Below, in pieces: positions 39,610 through 49,756 of a DNA stretch of 64,000 nt. This stretch comes from Thermoanaerobaculia bacterium. GTDB lineage: Bacteria > Acidobacteriota > Thermoanaerobaculia > Multivoradales > Multivoraceae. The stretch spans positions 2,816,001 to 2,880,000 of the forward strand of contig OY761158.1 in the NCBI GenBank assembly GCA_963664405.1. Direction: 5' to 3'. Each line of letters starts with the position of its first letter. Position 1 is the first letter of the stretch. The notes below the pieces were generated by a model that saw only the letters and a list, made by a program, of their open reading frames with translations, searched no databases and was not told the origin of the DNA. Position numbers and translations under genes: made by a program.

Positions 39610-40227
39610 TTACTCCGCCACGCTGAAGGGCAGGACCCCGACCGTGTTACCCCACGCCAAGGCGAGGGCTCCCCCTGCGCTGGTGACATCACTGAAGAAG
39701 TAGGTCAGCTGATCGATCGCGATCTCGTTGGGAGTCACCATCATCGGCGCGCGAACGACGTCGTAGTCGCTGCTGTACCCGTAGGCGCCCCAGGTGACGC
39801 CGCCCGCTTCGATCTTCTCTCGATCCGGCGCCGGCAGGTAGTCCTGCTTCGAAAAGATGGCGGTCCATGCGCCCTCTTTGAGGTCGATGAAGAAGCTGTA
39901 CTCGCCCGCCGGAAGCTTGGTCTCGCCGATCATGAGGTCGAGCTCGGTCTTGATTCTGGTCGTGACATTGGCGCCGGCTCTCCACACCGGCGCACCCAAG
40001 TAGAGCGTCTTGCCATAGCTCTCGCCGGAGCCGAAGATGTCTGCGCGGCCGCGTAGAATCGGCCGGCTGTACTCGATCTCGATCCAGGCGTCACCGATCT
40101 GGGTGGCCACAGATCCTTGGGGGCTCTTGGGCATTCCACCCTGAGCGGAGGCTACTCCGCCCAAGAGGACAGCCAGAGCGAAGGTGGTAGCGATCAACAG
40201 GACTGCGTTCTTTGGAAGCGTGCGCAT
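39610..40227 (-). CDS. DUF2911 domain-containing exported protein
   Basis: SP.G, IEYSRPILRGR, VWRAGAN.TT, LPAGEYS, WGAYGY. Confidence 0.88.
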   Translation of the reverse strand: MRTLPKNAVLLIATTFALAVLLGGVASAQGGMPKSPQGSVATQIGDAWIEIEYSRPILRGRADIFGSGESYGKTLYLGAPVWRAGANVTTRIKTELDLMIGETKLPAGEYSFFIDLKEGAWTAIFSKQDYLPAPDREKIEAGGVTWGAYGYSSDYDVVRAPMMVTPNEIAIDQLTYFFSDVTSAGGALALAWGNTVGVLPFSVAE

Positions 40228-40317
40228 GAACATCTCCTGAGCTAGTGGTGAGGCGTTTTTTGGGTCGAAAGCCGAGCCTAGCGGATTCCGCAGGCTGGCG
40301 CATAGTTCAGTCTCATC

Positions 40318-41328
40318 CTATCTCCGCGCCGCCACCATCTGCAGCGCGACGTCGATCGCTGCGAGCATGCTCTGCGGTCGCGCCGTACCCGTGCCCGCGA
40401 TGTCGAAGGCGGTCCCGTGATCCACCGAAGTCCGAATAATGGGCAACCCGATGCTGACGTTGACACCGTTGTCGAAGGCCAGCAACTTCATCGGAATGTG
40501 CCCCTGGTCGTGGTACATGGCGACAACGATGTCGTAGGCGCCGTTGACCGCGCGCATGAATACGGTATCCGGGGGCTGCGGCAAAGAGACGTTGAGGCCA
40601 CGCGCGCGCGCAGCCTCGATCGCGGGAACGATCTCTCGCGCCTCTTGGTCGCCGAAGAGTCCGCCCTCGCCGGCGTGTGGATTGAGGCCGGCAATGCCGA
40701 TGCGTGGCTCTGCGACGCCCAACAGAAGACAGGATTCGTGAGCCATATCGATCACTTGACCAATACGTCGGCGCTCCACGAGTTGCACTGCTTCCGCGAG
40801 AGGAATGTGGGTACTGACGTGCACGATGCGGAGCTGAGGAGCGACCAGCAGCATCGTTACCTGCTTTGCCCCGGTGCGCTCTGCCAGTAATTCGGTATGG
40901 CCAGGGTAGTGATGCCCGGCCAGATTCATCGCTTCTTTGTTGAGGGGCGCGGTAACGACCGCCTCGACCGCTTCGGCCATTGCCAGGTCGCAGGCGCGGC
41001 AGACGTAGTCGACGGCCGCCTTGCCCGCCACCCGGCTGACTCGGCCGGGTGGGCACTGGCTCGGTGGAGCGTTCTCGAGATCGAGGAGGGTGACGCTTCC
41101 TGGAGCGTATCTACCCTCTGCCGGCTCCTCCACGACTTCGAAGGGCGGGCTCCAGTCGACCCACTCCGAGGCTCGCTGCAGCTGACGGAGATCGCCAATG
41201 ACCAGCGGCCGGCAACGCTCGAGAAGCGTCGGCACTTGCAGCGCCTTGAGCACCACTTCGGCGCCGACGCCGGCGGGATCACCCATGGTCAGAGCGAGAA
41301 TCGGCCTGGATGAATCCGCTGTAGGCAA
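40318..41328 (-). CDS. pdxA: 4-hydroxythreonine-4-phosphate dehydrogenase family (PdxA/PdxA2)
   Basis: TMGDPAGVG, TAPLNK, GHTE, GLNPHAGE, AMYHDQG, RTSVDHGTAFDIAG; AGGAG before TTG 41328. Confidence 0.92.
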   Translation of the reverse strand: MPTADSSRPILALTMGDPAGVGAEVVLKALQVPTLLERCRPLVIGDLRQLQRASEWVDWSPPFEVVEEPAEGRYAPGSVTLLDLENAPPSQCPPGRVSRVAGKAAVDYVCRACDLAMAEAVEAVVTAPLNKEAMNLAGHHYPGHTELLAERTGAKQVTMLLVAPQLRIVHVSTHIPLAEAVQLVERRRIGQVIDMAHESCLLLGVAEPRIGIAGLNPHAGEGGLFGDQEAREIVPAIEAARARGLNVSLPQPPDTVFMRAVNGAYDIVVAMYHDQGHIPMKLLAFDNGVNVSIGLPIIRTSVDHGTAFDIAGTGTARPQSMLAAIDVALQMVAARR

Positions 41329-41403
41329 TCCGTTCTTCTCCTCTCCGACGATACCAACCCGTCGAGCGAGAAGGCACGCGAGATCGAGTATTCTTTTTGC
41401 CAA

Positions 41404-42711
41404 ATGGGTGAGCTCCTTCTCCCGGCGCCGTCGCCGGCGCGGCTACGCCAAGCCCTGGAGAGAGGCGAAGTGACTCTCGTCGAGCATGTCGAGGGTGTAC
41501 TGGCCCGCGTCGAGAGGCACGAGCTTCGAGTTCGAGCCCTGGTGCCAGAGACTCGCCGGCGAGAACGTGTGCTGGGTGAGGCCGAGGCACTCCGCGACCG
41601 ATTCCCCGAGCCGTCGGAACAAACTCCCCTGTATGGCGCCCTGGTTGGTATCAAGGACATCTTCACGGTAGCGGGCCTGCCGACCGCATGCGGCTCGGCT
41701 CTTCCTCCCGAGGCCTTCGAGTCCGCGGAGGCCTCCTGTGTCACACGCTTTCGTGCGGCCGGTGGACTGGTTCTGGGCAAGACGATCACTACCGAGTTCG
41801 CCTTCTTTAGTCCCGGCGCCACCACTAATCCCCACGATGCGGGCCACACCCCCGGCGGCTCGAGTAGCGGATCGGCGGCCGCCGTGGCCAGCGGCTACGT
41901 ACCGATCGCCTTCGGTTCTCAGACCGTCGGCTCGGTGATCCGTCCCGCTGCTTTCTGCGGAGTGGTGGGGTTCAAGCCTAGCTATGGACGCATTCCCGGC
42001 GACGGCATGTTGTCGTTCTCGAGGTCCGTCGACTGCCCCGGGCTTCTGGCCGTCGATCTCGCCACCGTTTTCGCGGTCGCCGCGGTGGTGATCGAGGACT
42101 GGTCCTCGACGGTAGCGAGCGCTGACATGCCCACGGTCGGCGTGCCGACTGGCGTCTACTTGGACCAGGTTGAGGCGGGAGCGCGGGCCGCGTTCGAAAG
42201 CCAGCTGGCGTTGCTCGCGAGATCCGGTGTCGAAGTGAAGCAGGTCGCCCTTCTGGACGACTACGGCGAGATTGCGGACCGTCATCAGGACTTGATTGCG
42301 GCGGAGTTCGCGCGCACCCACTCCGACCGTTTCGCGCGCTGGGGCTCGCTCTACTCGGGCCACAGTGCCGGGCTCTACGATCGTGGGCTCCGCCTCGGCG
42401 AGCACGCGATTCTCAGCGGGCGACAAAGCTCGAGAGACCTGAGATCGCGCTTAGAGTCCCTTATGGACGAGCACGGCATCGATTTGTGGGCGACGCCGGC
42501 GGCAACCGGCCCGGCGCCGAGCGGACTCGACAGCACCGGCGACCCGAGAATGAACTTGATCTGGACCCACGCCCTCATGCCAGCACTCACCTTTCCCATG
42601 TCGAACGATGGGGGGTTGCCGCTGGGGCTTCAGTTGGCGGCTCGGGTTGGTGACGATGAACGTCTTCTGGTCTGGGCCCAGGCCTGTGCTGCGGCCTTGG
42701 GAACGGCTTGA
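41404..42711 (+). CDS. amidase signature family protein
   Basis: GIKD, GKTITTEFA, PGGSSSGSAAAVA, GSQTVGSVIRPAAFCG. Confidence 0.92.
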   Translation: MGELLLPAPSPARLRQALERGEVTLVEHVEGVLARVERHELRVRALVPETRRRERVLGEAEALRDRFPEPSEQTPLYGALVGIKDIFTVAGLPTACGSALPPEAFESAEASCVTRFRAAGGLVLGKTITTEFAFFSPGATTNPHDAGHTPGGSSSGSAAAVASGYVPIAFGSQTVGSVIRPAAFCGVVGFKPSYGRIPGDGMLSFSRSVDCPGLLAVDLATVFAVAAVVIEDWSSTVASADMPTVGVPTGVYLDQVEAGARAAFESQLALLARSGVEVKQVALLDDYGEIADRHQDLIAAEFARTHSDRFARWGSLYSGHSAGLYDRGLRLGEHAILSGRQSSRDLRSRLESLMDEHGIDLWATPAATGPAPSGLDSTGDPRMNLIWTHALMPALTFPMSNDGGLPLGLQLAARVGDDERLLVWAQACAAALGTA

Positions 42712-42718
42712 TGGGCCG

Positions 42719-44263
42719 CTATTGCGGCGGTTCCAGCGGCGGCTGCGGGTCCAACGGTTTCAGGTCCCGTCCCCCAAGACCGGGATAGTCCGGCGCCAGC
42801 TTGGCGGCGCGCCAGACTCCGAGGCCCAGTTCGCCGCCGCCACCCCAAGGGTCGGATCCGTCGCGCTGTTTCACGCTGCCGGAGTACGGGTTGCCGAAGT
42901 TCCACACCGTTTCTCCCTGCGGCGTGACTTCGAACAGGCGGCCCTCGGGTCCCGAAGTAGCGAAGGTGTTGCCGTTGGCGAGACGATGGGCACCGGAGAT
43001 GAACGGGGCGAAGAACGACTCACGGTCGCCGGTGGCGTAGGTCCAGACGGTCTCGGCCGGCCCCCAGGCCGCGCCTTCAGCGTGCGTGTAGCTGCCGTCC
43101 GTGGCCAGGGGCGAGGTGATCTCTTCTATCGAGGAGTATTTGCCGTCCGGTCGTTCGTTGCCGTTGTTGAAGATGGTGAGGTTTCCTGCGCCCTCCATTC
43201 CGGGCGGGATCCACTGCACGTCGTGGGGGTAGAAGAGTTTCTTGTCTCCGGGCCCGCCGCGGCCGTACATCTCAGGATTGCCCCAGCGGTAGAGGAGATC
43301 TCCTTTCGGCCCTGCCGACTCCTCGGTCGACTTCGGTCTGGCGATGATCCAGATCTCCCCGAGCTCCGGCACCGCCATCGCGATCTGGTCGAGCTCGGGA
43401 TTCCAGTCGACGGCGTTGATGTGCAAGAAGTCTGAACGCTGCTTCTCCTGCTCGGCGTCGTCCGGAACGTAACCGAGTGCCTTGAGCTCGGCGAGCTGCT
43501 CTTCGTCGATCTCGAGGGGAGGGCCGCCGGCGTTGATGTCGAGGCGCTCGGGATGCTCCGACGGTTCGCCGAAGTTCGGCAGATCGGGATCCTGGTTTTG
43601 GAGAAGGTGGTCCCAGACGTTCCATTTCCAGACGATGCGAGCGTCGTCCGGGGGCAGTGGCTCGATCTCGACCAGGAAGTCGGGCCACAGCCCCTTCTCC
43701 GGAATCAAGTCGGCTCGTCGCCCTCGAGATCGCGCCTCCTCGGGTGACTTGACTTCCCACCCGATCGCAAGAAAGTTGCCGTTCGCTAGTGGCTCGACGT
43801 CGTGGTGCAGGATCCTGGTCTCGTCCGAGAGCTTCCACTCCCAGAGTAGCTCGCCCTCCCAGCTGAACTTCTGCACCAGGCCCATCGCGCCGCCGACCAG
43901 GAACGACTTGTCGTCAGGGTTGCGGCCCGGCCGCAGCAGACTCCCGTCTTCGAGCAGGTAGAGAGAGTGCGGTGCGTAGTCGCTCTCCCACATGTGGACC
44001 GCTCTGGCCTGACGGTCGAGGAGGTAAGTGTTGCCCGAGCTGAGTGGCGAATAGAGGACATAGCCCGGCGCGGCGTCGTCGGTCGAGAGGATGAGGCCTC
44101 GAGGCGTCGGCGGCTTCTTCGCTCGCTCGCTCGAGTCTGGCGCCTTGGCCTCCGCGAGGTCGCCTCCACTAACCGTCTCCTCACTCTCGGGGGTGGAACA
44201 TGCCAGGGAGAGAGCCAGGGTAAGGATCGCCCAATTGTGCCGGCGTGCGGAGGGGTTCATCAT
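42719..44263 (-). CDS. aryl-sulfate sulfotransferase (ASST-like) lipoprotein
   Basis: LACS lipobox, PGYVL, HHD, HINAV, LYRWGNP, PHD, FNNG, ISGAHRLANGNT. Confidence 0.8.
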   Translation of the reverse strand: MMNPSARRHNWAILTLALSLACSTPESEETVSGGDLAEAKAPDSSERAKKPPTPRGLILSTDDAAPGYVLYSPLSSGNTYLLDRQARAVHMWESDYAPHSLYLLEDGSLLRPGRNPDDKSFLVGGAMGLVQKFSWEGELLWEWKLSDETRILHHDVEPLANGNFLAIGWEVKSPEEARSRGRRADLIPEKGLWPDFLVEIEPLPPDDARIVWKWNVWDHLLQNQDPDLPNFGEPSEHPERLDINAGGPPLEIDEEQLAELKALGYVPDDAEQEKQRSDFLHINAVDWNPELDQIAMAVPELGEIWIIARPKSTEESAGPKGDLLYRWGNPEMYGRGGPGDKKLFYPHDVQWIPPGMEGAGNLTIFNNGNERPDGKYSSIEEITSPLATDGSYTHAEGAAWGPAETVWTYATGDRESFFAPFISGAHRLANGNTFATSGPEGRLFEVTPQGETVWNFGNPYSGSVKQRDGSDPWGGGGELGLGVWRAAKLAPDYPGLGGRDLKPLDPQPPLEPPQ

Positions 44264-44338
44264 GGCTTGGATCAGCTTCTCACGGATACAGCGCCCACGG
44301 CGGGTAGACTATGCCACCTTGATCCAGGAGGTTCACGA

Positions 44339-46849
44339 ATGTACGCCAAGCGCACCACAGCCCTCCTCTGTATCGTCCTGACGATTCTTCTAGTGACACC
44401 CGGGCACAGCGTGGTCACCCCTTCCAACCCGAACGGAGCTGAGCTCGCCCTGGCGCTCCAGAAGCTCTCGGTTCTGGGTAGCGTTCTCTACGTCGCAGCT
44501 CACCCGGACGATGAGAACACGGCACTTCTCGGCTACCTGGCTCGGGGTCGCTTGGCGCGAACGGCCTATCTCTCGCTGACTCGAGGTGATGGGGGGCAGA
44601 ACCTCATCGGCACCGAGCTTGGGCCGTTGCTTGGGTTGATCCGAACTCAGGAGCTGCTGGCGGCCAGGCATTTCGATGGTGCCGAGCAGTTCTTTACCCG
44701 TGCCATCGACTTCGGCTACTCGAAGTCGGTCGACGAGACGCTCGCGACCTGGGGCAAGCAGGAAGTGCTTGGCGATGTGGTCAGAATCATCCGGCGATTC
44801 CGACCCGACGTCATCATCACGCGCTTTCCCGCCGATGGCCGCGGCGGCCACGGCCATCACACTGCATCGGCGGTCCTCGCCATGGAGGCATTCGAGGCCG
44901 CGGCCGATGCGGAGAAGTTTCCCGAGCAGCTGCAGGGGCCCGAGGCGCTACAGCCCTGGCAAGCGACTCGCTTGATGTGGGATCGGTCGCGCTTCTTCGC
45001 CGGAGGTGCGGATTCGGGCTCCGGCGTGGAGGTCGATCTCGGAACCTACAGCCCCTTGCTCGGGCTATCGTTTACCGAGCTTGCCGCCCTCGGGCGCAGC
45101 ATGCACAAGAGCCAGGGTTTTGGCAGCGCCGGCAGTCGCGGCAGTCGCGTGAGCCGACTCGAGCATCGGTTGGGTATCGAGGCGCAGACAGATCTCTTCG
45201 ACGGCGTCGACACTACCTGGTCGCGAGTCACTGGCGGCGCCGAAGTCGGCGACATCCTGCGCCGTGCGGCGGAGAGCTTCGATGCGTCGCAACCGGCGAA
45301 GATCGTGCCCCAGTTGCTGAGAGCCGAGGAGCTTCTCGCGGCGCTGTCGCAAGCGCAGTCTCCCGCCGACTGGGTCGGGCCGAAATTGGCGGAGCTTCGA
45401 GAGGCCATTCGCGGGGCCTGCGGTCTGTGGCTCGAAGTCACCACCGACCGTGAGAGCGGGACTCCGGGCGCCGGCCTAAAACTCGAGTTAGCGGCGATCA
45501 ACCGATCCGAAGTGCCCGTTCGCCTGGTCGGTGTGAGCCTACCTTTTCATGGCGATGTCGATCTCGGAGAGGAGCTCGAGGCCAACCAGAACTGGAGTCT
45601 CGAGGTCGACTCCGTGGTTCCGGTGGATCAACAATCGACGGCTCCATACTGGTTGCGCCAGCCCACCGACGGAGCTCTCTTCCGGGTGTCAGAGCCGAAC
45701 CTGATCGGCCTCGCCGAGTGGCTGCCACTGCAAGCGCGTTTCGATCTTCGCATTGGTGATCGCGACCTCAGCTACGAGGTCCCGCTCCTTTATCGCTCCA
45801 GCGACCGGGTCGAAGGCGAGATGTACCGGACCTTCGAAGTCGTGCCCCCGATCTCCCTCAGTGTCGAGGAAGCGGTCTACGTTTTTGGCGACGGTGCTGA
45901 GCGAAGCATCGGAGTGAACCTACGCAGTACCGGTTCTCCGGCTCGAGGAGATCTTCGCCTGCGGCTACCGGCGGGTTGGAGCGGGGTGCCGGCGTCGGTT
46001 TCCTTCGATCTGAATGCCGGAACCGAGTCTCGCTTTTCCTTTTCCATACGGCCCCCGAAGGACTCTTCAACGGGAACGCTGACTGCAGAGGCGACCCTGG
46101 AGGGAAGCAGGGCGACTTTGAGCTCGGGAGTGAGAGCGATCAGCTATCGCCACATCCCGCCACAGACACTGCTCCCACCCGCCGAGGCTCGACTGGTGCG
46201 AATGCAGCTCGAGCGTCTCGGTGAGCGAATCGGTTATGTGATGGGAGCGGGAGACGAGATCCCGGGGGCTCTGCGTCAGGTCGGCTACCAGGTCACCCTG
46301 CTCACCGACAACGATCTCGCCGCCGCCGATCTCACTCCTTTCGACGCCATCATCATCGGGATCAGGGCCTACAACTCGCGACCCGCGGTGCTACAGCACA
46401 ACGCCAGGCTCCTCGAGTACGTGAAGAAGGGCGGTACGGTGGTCGCTCAGTACAACACCGCCTCTCGCTTCGGCGGCGGCCCCCCGGAGCTCGGGCCCTA
46501 CCCCTTTCACGTCTCGCGAGACCGGGTCTCGGTCGAGGACGCCGAAGTAACGCTTCTTCTGCCGGAGCATCCGCTCCTCACCACCCCCAATCAGATCACC
46601 GAGGCCGACTTCTCCGGCTGGGTGCAGGAACGCGGTCTCTACTTCCCCGATACCTGGGACGAGCGCTACGACGCCCTCCTGGCTTCGCACGACCCCGGCG
46701 AGCCCGATCGCAGTGGCGGGCTGCTCTATACGACCTACGGCAAGGGCGTTTACATCTACACCGGCTATTCCTTCTTTCGTGAGCTCCCTGCCGGTGTGCC
46801 GGGTGCCTACCGACTCTTTGTCAACCTGATTTCCGCTCGCCAGCAGTAG
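44339..46849 (+). CDS. PIG-L/LmbE family deacetylase with C-terminal accessory domains
   Basis: AHPDDE, TRGDGGQN, RTQEL, DFGYSK, HGHH, WVQERGLY; AGGAGG RBS; signal peptide. Confidence 0.9.
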   Translation: MYAKRTTALLCIVLTILLVTPGHSVVTPSNPNGAELALALQKLSVLGSVLYVAAHPDDENTALLGYLARGRLARTAYLSLTRGDGGQNLIGTELGPLLGLIRTQELLAARHFDGAEQFFTRAIDFGYSKSVDETLATWGKQEVLGDVVRIIRRFRPDVIITRFPADGRGGHGHHTASAVLAMEAFEAAADAEKFPEQLQGPEALQPWQATRLMWDRSRFFAGGADSGSGVEVDLGTYSPLLGLSFTELAALGRSMHKSQGFGSAGSRGSRVSRLEHRLGIEAQTDLFDGVDTTWSRVTGGAEVGDILRRAAESFDASQPAKIVPQLLRAEELLAALSQAQSPADWVGPKLAELREAIRGACGLWLEVTTDRESGTPGAGLKLELAAINRSEVPVRLVGVSLPFHGDVDLGEELEANQNWSLEVDSVVPVDQQSTAPYWLRQPTDGALFRVSEPNLIGLAEWLPLQARFDLRIGDRDLSYEVPLLYRSSDRVEGEMYRTFEVVPPISLSVEEAVYVFGDGAERSIGVNLRSTGSPARGDLRLRLPAGWSGVPASVSFDLNAGTESRFSFSIRPPKDSSTGTLTAEATLEGSRATLSSGVRAISYRHIPPQTLLPPAEARLVRMQLERLGERIGYVMGAGDEIPGALRQVGYQVTLLTDNDLAAADLTPFDAIIIGIRAYNSRPAVLQHNARLLEYVKKGGTVVAQYNTASRFGGGPPELGPYPFHVSRDRVSVEDAEVTLLLPEHPLLTTPNQITEADFSGWVQERGLYFPDTWDERYDALLASHDPGEPDRSGGLLYTTYGKGVYIYTGYSFFRELPAGVPGAYRLFVNLISARQQ

Positions 46850-46900
46850 TGCGGCGCGGCTTCCGGAAATGATCGCTGTCATTTCCTCCAACTGCACATC

Positions 46901-48184
46901 ATGGCGCCACCGTTGAGCTCTTCCTCCGCGGTTAGACACTTCTACGGCTGGCCTCTCGCCGTTGTCGTCTGGCTGCTCTACGGGCTCCAGGTCGCGGGTT
47001 TCTATAGCTGGGGCTTCTACCTTCCGGAGATGTCCGAGGAGCTCGGCATCTCGAGGGCCAGCGGCGGACTCGTCTTTGGTGTGTCACTCTTCTGTGCGGG
47101 GGCGGCTGCTCCTCTGGTGGGGATGGCGATCACCCGCTTCGGCCTCCGACGGGTGATGACCGCCGGGTTTGCCGTCAGTGCCTTCGGCTACCTCGCCACC
47201 AGCCGAGCGCAGGGCTTCTGGCAACTCCTCGTCGTCTACGGCATCTTTACCGCCGGCACCCATGCCTTCGCAGCGGTTCTGCCTACGCAGACGGTGGCCT
47301 CGATCTGGTTTCTCCGTTACCGAGCTCGCGTGCTGGCGGGTCTACTCACCGCTGGGGGCATCGCCGCCCCCTTCATCTTCTGGTTCGACGCGTGGATCCT
47401 GCAGACCGCGACCTGGAGGACGGGCTGGGTGGTCATCGGTATTCTCAATTTCGTCCTTGCGATGATCGCCTACGCCTTCGTTCGTGATTCCCCGGAGAGT
47501 CTGGGCCAGCTTCGCGACGGCGCCGCCGCTGAGACAGAAGTCGCTCGCCCGACGGCTGCGAGCCCGCCGCCGGGCATCGACAGCGGGTTCACCGCGCGCG
47601 AGGCGATTCGCACTCCGCAGTTCGTGCTCTTGTTGATCTGCGGTCTCGGCTACGGGCTTCCTTGGGGGGTTTTAGGTAACCACAGTCGACTCCACCTTCA
47701 GGATCTCGGTTTCGAGATCGAGGCGGCGGCGGCGATTCTCTCTTCGATGGCGCTGGTCAGCATCGTTGGCCGAGTGACGGGGGGCTTCGGCGACTTCGTC
47801 TCCCCGTCCCGGTTGTTGGGGATAGCGCTGATACTCGAGGGGTCGGGTACCGGCTTGTTCCTGATCGCCACCACTCCAGGGCGCGCCTATGCGGCAGTGA
47901 TGCTGGTCGGGCTGGGTTTCGGCATGGCCTACATCAGTCAGGCTGCCACACTCGCCCGCTTCTTTGGCCGCAGAGCCTTCGCGACAACGACGGGAGTTCG
48001 ATACTTTGCCGGGGCCTTCTTTTTTGCCTTTGCCCCCGGGCTAACCGGCCGTCTCTACGACCAGACCGGCAGCTACACCATTCCCTTCCTCACCTTGATG
48101 ACGATCAGCCTGGTCGGGGCGGCCGTCGCCTTCGTCATGCCGCCGCCGGCACCGCGGACTATTCCGTCGCCGGAAAACCGGTGA
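46901..48184 (+). CDS. MFS transporter
   Basis: FYGW N-terminus, RFGLRRVM, about 12 TM helices, G.LYDQTGSY. Confidence 0.88.
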   Translation: MAPPLSSSSAVRHFYGWPLAVVVWLLYGLQVAGFYSWGFYLPEMSEELGISRASGGLVFGVSLFCAGAAAPLVGMAITRFGLRRVMTAGFAVSAFGYLATSRAQGFWQLLVVYGIFTAGTHAFAAVLPTQTVASIWFLRYRARVLAGLLTAGGIAAPFIFWFDAWILQTATWRTGWVVIGILNFVLAMIAYAFVRDSPESLGQLRDGAAAETEVARPTAASPPPGIDSGFTAREAIRTPQFVLLLICGLGYGLPWGVLGNHSRLHLQDLGFEIEAAAAILSSMALVSIVGRVTGGFGDFVSPSRLLGIALILEGSGTGLFLIATTPGRAYAAVMLVGLGFGMAYISQAATLARFFGRRAFATTTGVRYFAGAFFFAFAPGLTGRLYDQTGSYTIPFLTLMTISLVGAAVAFVMPPPAPRTIPSPENR

Positions 48185-48770
48185 GGCCCTCATCCATCTG
48201 GATGCGAAAGGCACCCAGAGCCATCGATACCATTTTGTACTGGCCGACCGTGAAGACGACGTCCATCAGCTGTTTTTCGTCGTATCTCGCATCGAGGTAG
48301 GCCCAGGTCCGGTCCGAGATTGTCGCGCTGCGGTCGAGCTCGTCCGCCGCTCGCAACAGAGCACGGTCGAAGCTCGACCAGCCTTGAGCCTCGGGTCCTT
48401 TGATGATGCCAGCGAGCTCCTCGTCGGTGACACCGAGCCCCTTCGCGGAGCGACTGTGGTAGCCCCATTCGTACTGCGCACCGTTGATGAACGCGGTGCG
48501 GAGAATGAGCAGCTCACGATCGCGCGCCGGCAGGGTGCTGCCGTTCAGAACATAGCCACCGAAAGGCCCCCATGCCTTCATCAGATCCGGATGTTGGGAG
48601 AGGGTCTTGATGAGATTGAGGGGTGACTGCGACGACTCGAGAGGCGGAATCCTCGGTCCCGGTGGCTGCTTCTGTGCATGCGCCTGTGGAGCGGAGGCGA
48701 CGAGACCCAGAATCAGAGCTGGCGCCATGCCTTTTGTGAACATCGATCGAAGCGACATGTGGTCCTTCAT
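48159..48770 (-). CDS. carboxymuconolactone decarboxylase/AhpD-like protein
   Basis: PRIPPL, RELLILRTA, YEWGYH, LLRAADEL, FTVGQY; AGGAG RBS. Confidence 0.85.
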   Translation of the reverse strand: MKDHMSLRSMFTKGMAPALILGLVASAPQAHAQKQPPGPRIPPLESSQSPLNLIKTLSQHPDLMKAWGPFGGYVLNGSTLPARDRELLILRTAFINGAQYEWGYHSRSAKGLGVTDEELAGIIKGPEAQGWSSFDRALLRAADELDRSATISDRTWAYLDARYDEKQLMDVVFTVGQYKMVSMALGAFRIQMDEGLTGFPATE

Positions 48771-48875
48771 TAGAGCTCCTGTTCTTCGCGGCGCGACCGG
48801 CGCCACCATCCTTGGGTACGTTTTCGGATCCCCTCATTAGAGGGCTGCGTGCGCCGCATGTCAAGGCTGGCGGGG

Positions 48876-49733
48876 TCATTGGTATCGAGAGAGGGCCTCC
48901 GCGACCGCGGCCGGGTAGCTGCCCCCGAACTTGATCGCATGCACGACCAGAGGGGCCAGCTGATGCAGTGGCACCCTGTCTCTCCATCCCTCCTGCAGCG
49001 GAAACGCCTCCTGATAGGCGGAGAAGCACTCGGGCCCGAAGCCGCCGAAGAGGCGCATCATCGCCAGGTCGAACTCGCGGTGGCTGCTGTGAGCGGCCGG
49101 ATCGATGAGCCAGTTGCGGCCACCGGCGCCGACCAATCGATTGCCGGCCCAGAGGTCGCCATGGAGTCGTGCCGGCGGCTCGGGGTCGCCGCCAAGCTCC
49201 TCGAGTCTTCCGGCCACGCCCGCGAGCTGCCGCAAGGTCTGATGAGGCAGTGCGCCGCCGTCTTGGGCAAGCCGTGCAAGTGGCTGCAAACGCTGAGTTG
49301 CATAGAACTCGATCCAGCTCGAGCAGGGTTCGTTGGGGATCCCCCTGCTGCCGGTGGAGCGCCGGTCTTCGCGCCCGAAACAAGGTGCTCCGCTTTGATG
49401 CAGAGCTGCCAGTGACCGCCCCAGGGAGGCTTCGGTGTCGGGCTCAGCCGCGCCCTCTTCGATCCACTCGAGCACCAAGAACGGTGGGTCGTCCGACACG
49501 GCAAGAACGTTTGGAACATCGATGGCGTTGGAGTCGCCTATCCAGACCAGCCCGGCAGCCTCGGTACTGAAGTGGTTGGGCGGCGGTGTCGCGTGGGTCT
49601 TGGCGAAGACGCGACGTTCATCCGCCAGATCGAGGCGATACGACATCGCGACATCTCCGCCGTGGACGCGGGCGACGGCCGAGATCTCGCTTCCGAGCTC
49701 GTAGGCAATGCGGTCGAGCAAGCTGTCTGCCAC
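48876..49733 (-). CDS. fructosamine kinase family protein
   Basis: HGGDV, EAAGL, LHGDLWAGN, IDPAA, HREFDLAMM.LFGG. Confidence 0.92.
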   Translation of the reverse strand: MADSLLDRIAYELGSEISAVARVHGGDVAMSYRLDLADERRVFAKTHATPPPNHFSTEAAGLVWIGDSNAIDVPNVLAVSDDPPFLVLEWIEEGAAEPDTEASLGRSLAALHQSGAPCFGREDRRSTGSRGIPNEPCSSWIEFYATQRLQPLARLAQDGGALPHQTLRQLAGVAGRLEELGGDPEPPARLHGDLWAGNRLVGAGGRNWLIDPAAHSSHREFDLAMMRLFGGFGPECFSAYQEAFPLQEGWRDRVPLHQLAPLVVHAIKFGGSYPAAVAEALSRYQ

Positions 49734-49756
49734 TTTGCAGCCGACCTCAGCTGTGC

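Noticed and set aside
41329-41403. Zero-gap head-to-head pdxA/amidase arrangement
   Set aside because: pdxA more plausibly starts at TTG 41328 after AGGAG, leaving a normal divergent promoter gap.
43967-44338. N-terminal extension of the PIG-L protein overlapping the sulfotransferase
   Set aside because: AGGAGG plus ATG 44339 followed by a signal peptide gives a better start.
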